Below, in pieces: positions 1 through 7,712 of a stretch of DNA of 43,957 bases; positions within the stretch are counted from its first letter, which is position 1, and each line of letters begins with the position of its first letter. Source of the DNA: a virus (lineage: Duplodnaviria; Caudoviricetes); the IMG/VR virus record IMGVR_UViG_3300015370_001135, positions 1-43,957 of that record; one strand, written 5' to 3'. The position numbers were made by a program, and so were the translations under genes. Under the pieces are notes generated by a model. The model ran no database searches. It was not told the DNA's origin and worked only from the letters and a program-made list of their open reading frames with translations.

Positions 1-669
1 ATGAAATCGAAACTTGTTATCGGCGTTGCGGCGGCGCTGGCCTTGTCGGCCTGCACCACCACCGACCCCTATACCGGCCAAACAAGGATTTCCAATACGG
101 CGGGTGGCGCTACCATCGGGGCCGTGGGCGGCGCAATCGGCGGGGCCATCATCGGCGCCGCGACCGGCAGCGATCCGCGCGTCACCGCCTTGATCGGCGC
201 CGGCATTGGCGGCATCGGCGGCGCGGCGGTCGGTTCCTACATGGATCAGCAGGAAGCCGAATTGAGGGCCCAGCTCGCCTCGACCGGCGTCTCCGTGACC
301 CGCAACGGCGCCCAGATCATTCTGAACATGCCGTCGAACATCACCTTCGCGGTCAACCAGTCCAACATCAATCCGGCCTTCCAGCAGACCCTGATCTCGG
401 TGGCGCTGGTTCTCAAGAAGTACAACAGGACGGTGGTCGACGTCGCCGGCCACACCGATTCCGACGGCTCGGATGTCTACAACCAGACCTTGTCGCTGCA
501 GCGCGCCCAGTCCGTGGCCAGCTTCCTCGGCCAGCAGGGCGTCGACACCCAGCGCTTCAACGTTCTCGGCTACGGCGAATCCCAGCCCATCGCCACCAAT
601 GCCAACGAAGCCGGCAAGGCCCTCAACCGCCGCGTCGAGATCTATATCTCGCCGATCGTGGTCGGCTGA
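1..669 (+). CDS. OmpA-family outer-membrane lipoprotein (YiaD-like, glycine zipper plus OmpA_C domain); host gene
   Basis: Lipobox LSAC, glycine-zipper GAxxGAxxG repeats, OmpA_C motifs GHTD...NQTLSLQRA and LNRRVEI. Confidence 0.93.
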   Translation: MKSKLVIGVAAALALSACTTTDPYTGQTRISNTAGGATIGAVGGAIGGAIIGAATGSDPRVTALIGAGIGGIGGAAVGSYMDQQEAELRAQLASTGVSVTRNGAQIILNMPSNITFAVNQSNINPAFQQTLISVALVLKKYNRTVVDVAGHTDSDGSDVYNQTLSLQRAQSVASFLGQQGVDTQRFNVLGYGESQPIATNANEAGKALNRRVEIYISPIVVG

Positions 670-695
670 CCGACAAACGCCAGATTGGAAAACGG

Positions 696-724
696 AAAAG
701 GCCGGCTTCAACGCCGGCCTTTTT
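696..724. terminator. Rho-independent terminator, probably bidirectional
   Basis: AAAAGGCCGGC-ttcaac-GCCGGCCTTTT just after the ompA-like stop. Confidence 0.85.
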
Positions 725-789
725 GCATGGTCAAAGCCATGACGGCCGACGGGTTTCGGCACGGCGCATGGCGACTTTTGGGATGGACA

Positions 790-837
790 TGGTGCTGCTG
801 GTCAGGATTGAACTGACGGCCTCTCCCTTACCAAGGG
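790..837 (-). repeat. att core copy 1: 3' half of tRNA-Thr(GGT)
   Basis: Reverse complement reads CCC-TTGGTAA-GGGAGAGGCCGTCAGTTCAATCCTGACCAGCAGCACCA (anticodon loop, T arm, acceptor strand, CCA); no D arm or 5' half. Confidence 0.9.
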
Positions 838-1075
838 CAGAGAAGAGTGTTGATATCATTGAGTAATCAGAAATTCACACGCTTTCTGCACGCTTTACGT
901 GCAGAAATATCGGACCGCGGTGGTATGCTTGGCGATCTTCATGAGGTCTCGGATTTGACCCGGTAGCGGCAAATTGAACCGAGCCCAGATATCAACACCG
1001 GTTGACCAACAATTATCCTTGTGCATGGTACACATCGCGCAGACCGAGGCGCATCGGAACTTCTAGAGGCGGTCC

Positions 1076-1924
1076 ATGTGGCAACCGATACAAGAGCAAC
1101 ATGCGATATCGCAGGTAGCATGCATCTTTGATTTTCAGGAAAATCTCCCGAGCAAGTTGTACCGCAAACTGGTGACCGAAGCCGAAGATCTGGCCTTTTC
1201 GAACGGACTACGCAGTCGCCATACGACGAAGACGGTTCCACTCCAGATTGATAATCCTGAGGATTTGGCGGTTCAGATTATTCCGCCTCCTCCACCAGGC
1301 TACATATTTAACTCTTTGGCCGGCGGCGGTGATGAAACACAAGCGAGAAAGCGATCTGAGCAGCTAAGCGTTGAAGCCTCCCGATTGGTATACAACACTT
1401 GGGTTTATGCCTCATGGGAAGCCATGCTAGATCGGCTCAGGGCCCTAGTTTTTCCTCTAGTGGAAATGGCAATGGAGGCCACGCCTCTGCGCGTGCTTCG
1501 CCTCGAATATCAAGACGCATTTTGGTACGACGGGCCTCAAGATGAAGCCGCGGCCGCTGACCTATTGCAGAAGGGCAGCCCTTACCTAAGCTCCCACATT
1601 TTTGATCAGCGCGATCTTTGGCACTGCCATACCGGTGCCTACCTTCCTCATGGTCGGATCGGAAAACTGCTCTTGCAGATCAATCTGGACGCCGTCGATC
1701 GCAAATATCCGGGGCGCGACAACGATATCGCAAGATCCGTGAAGATTGTTACCGCATTGGAACGACGAGCGTTTATGGTTGACCCCGAGATTTTGGAATC
1801 CGAACAGGCATCGAGCGAAGACGACGTTGTTTCGGAGCTCAACGAAATGCACGGCAGTTTGAAAGAGGTGCTTGCGGATATTATATCGCAAGAGATGAGT
1901 GAACGAATTCATCTGAAAGACTAG
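1076..1924 (+). CDS. TIGR04255-like family protein
   Basis: 282 aa; N-terminal HAISQVACIFDF, central YASWEAM and LRLEYQDAF resemble the TIGR04255 pattern (recognised by eye). Confidence 0.65.
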   Translation: MWQPIQEQHAISQVACIFDFQENLPSKLYRKLVTEAEDLAFSNGLRSRHTTKTVPLQIDNPEDLAVQIIPPPPPGYIFNSLAGGGDETQARKRSEQLSVEASRLVYNTWVYASWEAMLDRLRALVFPLVEMAMEATPLRVLRLEYQDAFWYDGPQDEAAAADLLQKGSPYLSSHIFDQRDLWHCHTGAYLPHGRIGKLLLQINLDAVDRKYPGRDNDIARSVKIVTALERRAFMVDPEILESEQASSEDDVVSELNEMHGSLKEVLADIISQEMSERIHLKD

Positions 1925-1930
1925 GCGATC

Positions 1931-2518
1931 ATGACCGTGGCTACAGGGACGCGCACCCCACCGGCGCGACGCAGGACAATCCAGCTGGAGCCCAACACTC
2001 TGGCCGGAGACACTAGTGCTATCTGGGATTACTTTTCCGGTCGCACCTATTTCGATGAAGATATCGTCGATGAGACCAGCAGCGCTGTTTCGTCAATGAT
2101 GCAGAGCGCTGAGCACGACGAAGAGGGCGAAGCGGAGCCCTTCGCGCTGGCCGATTTTCGCACCTCAAATTTTCTGGCGAGACTTCTGGGAAGACTGAGG
2201 TCCCTGAGATATTTGCCGGCGGGGCGAAATGGACAGGCAGCGCCAGCGAACAAGAAATCGGTCGACTTGGCCATTCAGTTTGTGTCTCGCGCGGAAATGC
2301 CAGTGCGACCAATAGCCACTTTGGATGATGACGGCACGGCGGTCATAGAAATTGAAAGCGAGGATATGCAGTTCTTCGCTGATATAGCTTTCTTGCCCGA
2401 TGGCAGCTTGGAGATTTATCGCCGAAAAACCGGCGAACCATCTCAGACCGTGGAAGGTCCACTTACCGACGATCAGATAGAGTCTTTCCTGAGAAAGCAT
2501 CTCGGGATTCGAATTTAG
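1931..2518 (+). CDS. Hypothetical protein, candidate antitoxin
   Basis: 195 aa, 6 nt after the previous stop; acidic disordered-looking N-half, then LRYLPAGRNG...PIATLDDDGTAVIE domain. Confidence 0.6.
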   Translation: MTVATGTRTPPARRRTIQLEPNTLAGDTSAIWDYFSGRTYFDEDIVDETSSAVSSMMQSAEHDEEGEAEPFALADFRTSNFLARLLGRLRSLRYLPAGRNGQAAPANKKSVDLAIQFVSRAEMPVRPIATLDDDGTAVIEIESEDMQFFADIAFLPDGSLEIYRRKTGEPSQTVEGPLTDDQIESFLRKHLGIRI

Positions 2519-2520
2519 GC

Positions 2521-3180
2521 ATGACGGCGGATTGTGAGAAATGCCACCAGCTTTTCGATGGAACCTCCCGCGATAAGGAGTTGGCGCTAAGGCTGTGCAC
2601 CGACGCGCCAGAAGGTGAGTGCGAGGTGTGCAGCGTCAGTGATTCATCTCCTGGCGCAGTTGCGGATACCGAAGATCTATATCGTGTGATGGTCGATCCG
2701 CGAGATTTTGATGACGGCCAGGTTGCTCAGAGACCATTTAGAGCCGCGTTCACCAACGGACTTAGTGTCATCAGAAGCGTTGCGAGCGATCAGGAAGTTA
2801 CCGATCTGGTCGAAGATGGAATGTGGCATAGAGAGTCAGATCCTCCTCGCGAAATCCGAGTTATTTGCTCGGCTAGCGCAAAGCAGCTTAGAGATTATTT
2901 AGGAGACGCGAGCCGAGTTTTTTACGTTTACGATCAAACAGTTCCTCGCAGGGTTTCGGACACGCCTCCGGTTCCATCCCATGCAGGGGTGTTTGCGAGA
3001 GTGCCTCCAAAGGGACAAGCTGGGCGAACGGCCTACATCCAGGATATGGCCGGTGAACTTAGGCGTTTGTTTTTGCAGAATCGCACCGGCCCCGCTGAAT
3101 TCCGAGCTGGTTTGCTCGGTCCTTTGAACGAAATGGCATACGGTGGCATGTTTGCCCATGAAAACGAGCCGGCGGATTAG
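2521..3180 (+). CDS. Candidate ADP-ribosyltransferase/RES-like fold toxin
   Basis: 219 aa, 2 nt after the previous stop; motif order EDLYR...AF...GLSV.R...D...SHAGVF; Cys-rich N-terminus. Confidence 0.5.
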   Translation: MTADCEKCHQLFDGTSRDKELALRLCTDAPEGECEVCSVSDSSPGAVADTEDLYRVMVDPRDFDDGQVAQRPFRAAFTNGLSVIRSVASDQEVTDLVEDGMWHRESDPPREIRVICSASAKQLRDYLGDASRVFYVYDQTVPRRVSDTPPVPSHAGVFARVPPKGQAGRTAYIQDMAGELRRLFLQNRTGPAEFRAGLLGPLNEMAYGGMFAHENEPAD

Positions 3181-3260
3181 CCGCCTGAACGCTGCACCGG
3201 GTATTTTCCTGTCAGGTAGCAGCAGCTAGCGCGGCAATTTAGTCTACTTTCAGCGTCCGA

Positions 3261-3474
3261 CTATTGAGCCTTCGCCTTCGGCAGCGCCGGCAGCTGATCC
3301 GCCCGCTTCGCTTCCTCTGTCACTACTGAATGTGCATACCGCGCGGCTGACTTCATGTCTTTCCATGCGCCAGTATCGACCAGCCCCTTGGCATCCAGCC
3401 CGGCGTAGCGGCGCATCCAAGTGTCCCAGGTGTGGCGGCAGGCGTGGAAGCAAACTTGGGCAGGCCGACAGCCT
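3261..3474 (-). pseudogene. Tyrosine integrase 3' fragment, frameshifted
   Basis: FHACRHTWDTWMRRYAGLDAKGLVDTGAWKDMKSAARYAH nearly matches the intact integrase; 1-nt deletion near 3455; N-terminal part missing. Confidence 0.9.
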
Positions 3475-3557
3475 AGTTCTCGTCCGCTTGCCGCGCATGC
3501 AAGCGCACGTGCACGCTTCAATTCGTGCAAACGCCAGCGGGGTCAATAGGTGATAAG

Positions 3558-3604
3558 TGGTGCTGCTGGTCAGGATTGAACTGACGGCCTCTCCATTACC
3601 AAGG
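3558..3604 (-). repeat. att core copy 2 (tRNA-Thr 3' half), left boundary of the main prophage
   Basis: Identical to 790-836 except one C>A change at 3595. Confidence 0.9.
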
Positions 3605-3772
3605 TGTAGTGTGTAGTATTCGCTGCAGATGTCGCGAACAATGGAGAAGAAAGCAGAAATAGCGCTCACTTCCCTAGTCTTATTGCCACCAAAGTTGTAT
3701 ATGGAATTTGCGCGCCGACGTAACCTGCAAGCGACAAATTAAATGCTAGTGATACAAATCAGAAAAATTAGC

Positions 3773-4228
3773 CTATAGCCCAGAGTATTTATATCCAAAG
3801 AAATCGTCGTTTACTAGCAGTGAAACCAAGGAATTGTACATTTCACTTTTTTTGCTGAACCAAATTTTCTTGTAATTAGTCCTGCCATTATCAAGCCGAC
3901 CAAAGCAATAAAAATACCTATTTGTGCTGATATCTTTTCCAACCTGGCCATAATTCCGATTGTAGTCGTGTGTTGCGACAGAATTGTTAAACATTATGCT
4001 CACGTGCCGGAGATTTTCATATTGCTCGACTGTGTGAGTAAGATACAAGCGCCATGCCCTAGTACCGTCTCGGCGAAGCCCATCGTTTACCTTGTCGAAA
4101 AACTCGTATAGGTCCGAAAATTCTGCCACAAACTGCCCGTTTGCCTGTTCTGCGGCGGCCTTTTGAGATTTGGCCATACGCTCGAAGTCGAAGCCTGACA
4201 TATCATTCTCCTTTTTGGCATCATCCAA
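3773..4228 (-). CDS. AT-rich hypothetical accessory (moron) protein next to att; start may be the second Met (MSGFD)
   Basis: 151-aa ORF, visibly AT-rich, AGGAG precedes the second Met. Confidence 0.65.
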   Translation of the reverse strand: MDDAKKENDMSGFDFERMAKSQKAAAEQANGQFVAEFSDLYEFFDKVNDGLRRDGTRAWRLYLTHTVEQYENLRHVSIMFNNSVATHDYNRNYGQVGKDISTNRYFYCFGRLDNGRTNYKKIWFSKKSEMYNSLVSLLVNDDFFGYKYSGL

Positions 4229-4327
4229 CTACAGACCTTGGATAGCTGCAAGACGAAGCAAAGCCGCACCTCAAAACCCCTAGAGGAATTTATTCGTGAT
4301 ATTTCTGAAGTGAAGAGCTAGCTCAAG

Positions 4328-5317
4328 TCAGTCGCTTGCCAACTTCCTCTGCAATACCGGCAACAAATCCGCTCGCCTCGCCTCCTCTGTGACCACGGTG
4401 TGCGCATAGCGCGCGGCTGATTTCAGGTCTTTCCAGGCGCCAGTGTCGACGAGGCCCTTGGCATCGAGGCCAGCATAGCGGCGCATCCAGGTGGCCCAGG
4501 TGTGGCGGCAGGTGTGGAAGCTGACCTTGGGCAGACCAGCGGCCTGACGTGCGTCGCGCATGAAGCCATAGAGATGCCCGTTCTTGCGGAAACGGAACAG
4601 ACGTTCGTCGGGGCGATCGAGGCCGCGCGGGTGGTTGGCGAGCGCGGCGATTGCCGGAGGTGGCAGGTGCACCAGGCGCGGGTCGTCGTTCTTGGTATCC
4701 GGCAGCAGGATGGTTGCTGCCGACAGATCGAGTTCGGGGATCTCGACATTGAGCGCCTCACTCAGGCGCATGCCGGTGTAGATGAGAACGGTGACGAAGA
4801 CGCCGAATTCGGCATCCTGCTTCGTCGCTTCATCGACCAGGCGCGATGCCTGCTCGGGTGTCATCCATTCAGTGCGGGTCTTGCCCTGCGCGCCCTTGGG
4901 GCGTTTGAGCGGGAAATGGGCGCCTGCATGTTTGAGGATCGCCGACATCGGCGTGTAGACCTGACGGTTGCGCGTTGCCGGCGCGGCCGAGGGATAAAGC
5001 GTTGCGGCAGCATCGTCGATTGAAGCCTGGTCAATCTCGGTCAGCGGCCGTGCTGCAAAGTAGTCGACCAGCGGCGGCAGGAACGTGGTTTCGCCGCCAG
5101 CCTGGATATAGCTCAGAACCGCATCGGCAAAGGTTACGGCCTGCTTGGGGGTAAAGGCACCACGTTCGATGTCGTCGCGGATCTTGACGAGGAGCTTTTG
5201 CGCTTTCCGGCGGTCAGCAGTGCGCGCACTCTGGTCAATGAGGATCCCGAAGTGCGTGCCCCGGATGCGCCAGTTTTTGCTCTGCCCTTCGCGGGGCGGG
5301 TGGAGTTTGAGGGGCAT
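4328..5317 (-). CDS. int: Phage tyrosine integrase
   Basis: Catalytic motifs TGMRLSE, TKN, HTCRH, GAW, ARYAH. Confidence 0.95.
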   Translation of the reverse strand: MPLKLHPPREGQSKNWRIRGTHFGILIDQSARTADRRKAQKLLVKIRDDIERGAFTPKQAVTFADAVLSYIQAGGETTFLPPLVDYFAARPLTEIDQASIDDAAATLYPSAAPATRNRQVYTPMSAILKHAGAHFPLKRPKGAQGKTRTEWMTPEQASRLVDEATKQDAEFGVFVTVLIYTGMRLSEALNVEIPELDLSAATILLPDTKNDDPRLVHLPPPAIAALANHPRGLDRPDERLFRFRKNGHLYGFMRDARQAAGLPKVSFHTCRHTWATWMRRYAGLDAKGLVDTGAWKDLKSAARYAHTVVTEEARRADLLPVLQRKLASD

Positions 5318-5487
5318 GGCAGTACCTCGATCAACCGGGCGATATCGGCATTTGAAAACAGCTTTCGGTTTCCGTTCAAGCGATAATAGGGATGGTCCTT
5401 GACCAGATCCTGCAGCCGGCGGCGCGAGATCGACAGGATATCGGCCGTTTCGTTCATCGAAAAGAGCTGCAGCGGCGAGGCGTTCAT
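5134..5487 (-). CDS. Excisionase-like HTH protein overlapping int
   Basis: LFSMNETADILSISRRRLQDLV HTH, RKLFSNADI wing, position directly upstream of int. Confidence 0.7.
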   Translation of the reverse strand: MNASPLQLFSMNETADILSISRRRLQDLVKDHPYYRLNGNRKLFSNADIARLIEVLPCPSNSTRPAKGRAKTGASGARTSGSSLTRVRALLTAGKRKSSSSRSATTSNVVPLPPSRP

Positions 5488-5810
5488 GGCTTCGAACTCA
5501 CCTCGTCCGCCTTGAGAATGTCGAGCAGGGTTCCCATCGGCCCCATCGGCGTACCGTCGTCCTGGCGAGAGATGGCGGCCTTGAGCTCGTCGAGCGTTGC
5601 GCCGTGCTGCAGGGCGATCGAGGCGATGATGGCGTTGTCTCGCATCAGGGTCTGCATGTCCTCGCCGGACTTGCCGGTGGACATGAAGATCGCGCCCGGC
5701 CTGGTGCCGGTCATGTCGTAATAGGTGACGGTTGCGTGATAGGGCACGAAGCTATGGACGAACTTGATCGTCTCATGCGGCGCACGCGCCGGCAGCTTGT
5801 CACGAGCCAT
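5484..5810 (-). CDS. TSCPD-like protein (resembles the class II ribonucleotide reductase C-terminal domain)
   Basis: LPARAPHETIKF...PGAIFMSTGKSGEDMQ...IASIALQHGATLDEL pattern. Confidence 0.6.
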   Translation of the reverse strand: MARDKLPARAPHETIKFVHSFVPYHATVTYYDMTGTRPGAIFMSTGKSGEDMQTLMRDNAIIASIALQHGATLDELKAAISRQDDGTPMGPMGTLLDILKADEVSSKP

Positions 5811-6340
5811 CAGGCAGCTCTCCGGAATCCGCTGGCGTGGGCGATGGCAAGATGGTTCTGGAACGTGGCACGCAGATCGGCACGCACGGTGTCGAATGAC
5901 CGGCAGCGGATGGTAGCTGTCAGGGCCGAGGCGACAGACGCATCGCCGGCAGAGGTATCATCGACTACATCACGCCATTCGGTGGCCTTGACGCGTTCGC
6001 TAGCGCGGTCGATCTCGTCGGCAATGGCGGCGCTCGGCGGCGCCAGGTCGAGCTTGATCCAGAGCAGTTTGAGCAGGAGGCGTTCCCGCCCCGCGATGTC
6101 GGCGCCCTTGTCGAGTGCCCAGAAACGCAAGTCGAGATCGGCGTCGCCGACGACGATCGCCGGCACCCGCGCCAGCAATCCGTAGATGCGGGCGGTCGGC
6201 GTCTGCATGACGTCGGCCACCAGAAGTGACCGCTGTCCGAGCGAATAGGGAAACAGCAGATTTCCGCCCCAGCAGTTGATGAGCGACAAGCGGTCGAGCG
6301 CCTGCCCAATCGGCGGGAGGAAGTTCAAGGCCGGTCTCAT
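5810..6340 (-). CDS. Degenerate HD-domain (YfbR/YfdR-like) protein
   Basis: LSLINCWGG...YSLGQRSLLV...GLLARVP aligns with LSxIxRFxG...YSVAQHS...LLHDAxE; start at 6340 chosen from ATGA overlap. Confidence 0.55.
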   Translation of the reverse strand: MRPALNFLPPIGQALDRLSLINCWGGNLLFPYSLGQRSLLVADVMQTPTARIYGLLARVPAIVVGDADLDLRFWALDKGADIAGRERLLLKLLWIKLDLAPPSAAIADEIDRASERVKATEWRDVVDDTSAGDASVASALTATIRCRSFDTVRADLRATFQNHLAIAHASGFRRAA

Positions 6341-6495
6341 GCGAACACCAGAAGCACGCCGAACAATCCGGCCGCGCCGAAAAGGCAGACGGCAAGTGCC
6401 ACGGCATCCACTGCGTAGGCAAGACACCGGCGCGCGATGGCGCCGGTGTCGGTGCGGGGAATTGGCGCGAAGGGCACCAGCACGGGGCGGGTCAT
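6337..6495 (-). CDS. Small membrane peptide
   Basis: ATGA overlaps at both ends; hydrophobic C-terminal half. Confidence 0.5.
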   Translation of the reverse strand: MTRPVLVPFAPIPRTDTGAIARRCLAYAVDAVALAVCLFGAAGLFGVLLVFA

Positions 6496-6902
6496 GACCG
6501 GGGCGCTTCGCCGGCGGCGAAAGTGTTGGCGGCGGTGGCGATGGCCTCGTCGAGAATGTCGTCGATTTCTGCCTGCTGAAACCTGCGCGCCTTCAGCCGC
6601 GCGACGATGCGCGGCGTGCCGGGGCATAGGGCCAGGACTTCCCGACTGGCCGCACGGATGCGCTCGGCGCGGTCATAGTCCGGTGGCGTGTCGTCGCGCA
6701 TGAACCGGTCACGCGCCACGCGGGTTGCCGTCTCGTGGTGCGCGTCGATCTCGTGCCTGGAAAAGCCGGCGCGGCGCAAGGTGACGACGTCGCAGTTCTG
6801 ATAGTTGTCGATCATCACCCTGGCCATGGCCTCGGCGCGCGGGTGCACGCCTTCGACGACGGCCTGGGCAGTGTCAGTGGTCGGAACGGAATGGGATAGC
6901 AT
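6492..6902 (-). CDS. Hypothetical protein, first gene of the early-left operon
   Basis: 136 aa, GGAGGG ribosome-binding site, downstream of the PL-like promoter. Confidence 0.7.
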   Translation of the reverse strand: MLSHSVPTTDTAQAVVEGVHPRAEAMARVMIDNYQNCDVVTLRRAGFSRHEIDAHHETATRVARDRFMRDDTPPDYDRAERIRAASREVLALCPGTPRIVARLKARRFQQAEIDDILDEAIATAANTFAAGEAPRS

Positions 6903-6933
6903 CGGTGCCCTCCATCGGGTTGCGATGGAGGGG

Positions 6934-6987
6934 AAACTAATGGGGCCAATAGTCCCCTGTCAACCAAAAAAGGGGTCTATAGACCCT
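6934..6987 (-). promoter_or_regulatory. PL/OL-like promoter with two operators
   Basis: Minus strand TTGACA (6958-6963), N18, TAGTTT; operators GGGGCCAATAGTCCCC (6942-6957) and GGGGTCTATAGACCCT (6972-6987). Confidence 0.75.
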
Positions 6988-6990
6988 CCC

Positions 6991-7236
6991 CTAGTTGGAC
7001 AGTTTTTCCGCGAGTGCGGCTAAGGTCTGAAAGGCAACGGCCAGAAAGGTGATGCCTGAAGCCCAACGGGCGTAATTCGCCGCAGTCTGGGTTGCGACAA
7101 CCCAAGGATCGTTGTCGTTGAATTTGCCGCCAAAAGGAACCTTCAGTCGAGGAACCTTGGTGAATGCCGATAGAAGCCACAAAGCCGCTGACGCAAATCC
7201 GAAGAATATCGCAGACCATTCAAGTACTTCTCTCAC
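6991..7236 (-). CDS. Small membrane protein with two predicted TM helices, in the rex position
   Basis: GTG at 7236 preceded by AAGGAG; two hydrophobic helices. Confidence 0.6.
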   Translation of the reverse strand: MREVLEWSAIFFGFASAALWLLSAFTKVPRLKVPFGGKFNDNDPWVVATQTAANYARWASGITFLAVAFQTLAALAEKLSN

Positions 7237-7310
7237 GAAGTGCTCCTTTTTCGGATCGAAGTTTAACCCTCCGGAATATCCGAATGGTTGGGCACGCCTC
7301 TTAAATCTCG

Positions 7311-7709
7311 CTATGGCAAGTTGCCAGAAGTGACGCAGACATCCGCGAATCCGTATGCGCATGGAGCAAGTTTGTAGAGAGAGATAGCTATTGAGATCAG
7401 TGTAGGTAAGCATACCAATGCCGCCGCGGAGAATGCTATCGCGTCAACGGCAACCATCCGCCTAGACCCATGGAGAACAAGAACGCATAAGGCCGCGGCG
7501 CGGATAATCTCGAGCAGAATGCTGCCGCTCAAACTGTAGAAACTGGCCGCAAGAAATGCGCCTCTTGGCAGAGTAAAACTCCATGTCTGAGTCGCCGCTA
7601 GCATGAAGGTTATGGACCCAGCAAAAAGTCCAATGGCAATGGTGTTGATGGCGTCGGCCGCCGCATCATAGCTTACCTCTTTATCAGGCACTTCGTCTGC
7701 TCCAGTCAT
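7311..7709 (-). CDS. Membrane protein with about three TM helices, co-oriented with cI
   Basis: Starts 3 nt after the cI stop; three hydrophobic stretches. Confidence 0.55.
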   Translation of the reverse strand: MTGADEVPDKEVSYDAAADAINTIAIGLFAGSITFMLAATQTWSFTLPRGAFLAASFYSLSGSILLEIIRAAALCVLVLHGSRRMVAVDAIAFSAAALVCLPTLISIAISLYKLAPCAYGFADVCVTSGNLP

Positions 7710-7712
7710 TCG

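Larger units (their letters stand above)
790..3604. mobile_element. Collapsed relic of an earlier tRNA-Thr-integrating element: att, cargo operon, integrase 3' fragment, att
   Basis: Bounded by two 47-bp att copies; contains an integrase fragment closely similar to the C-terminus of 4328-5317. Confidence 0.75.

Noticed and set aside
790-865. Intact tRNA-Thr gene
   Set aside because: Only the anticodon loop to CCA is present; the sequence beyond 837 forms no D arm or acceptor 5' strand. The same holds for the copy at 3558.
3250-3669. 139-aa ORF and the N-terminus of the 3261-3530 ORF
   Set aside because: They read through the att copy, arm region and integrase remnant; only the integrase-like part has recognisable coding signal.
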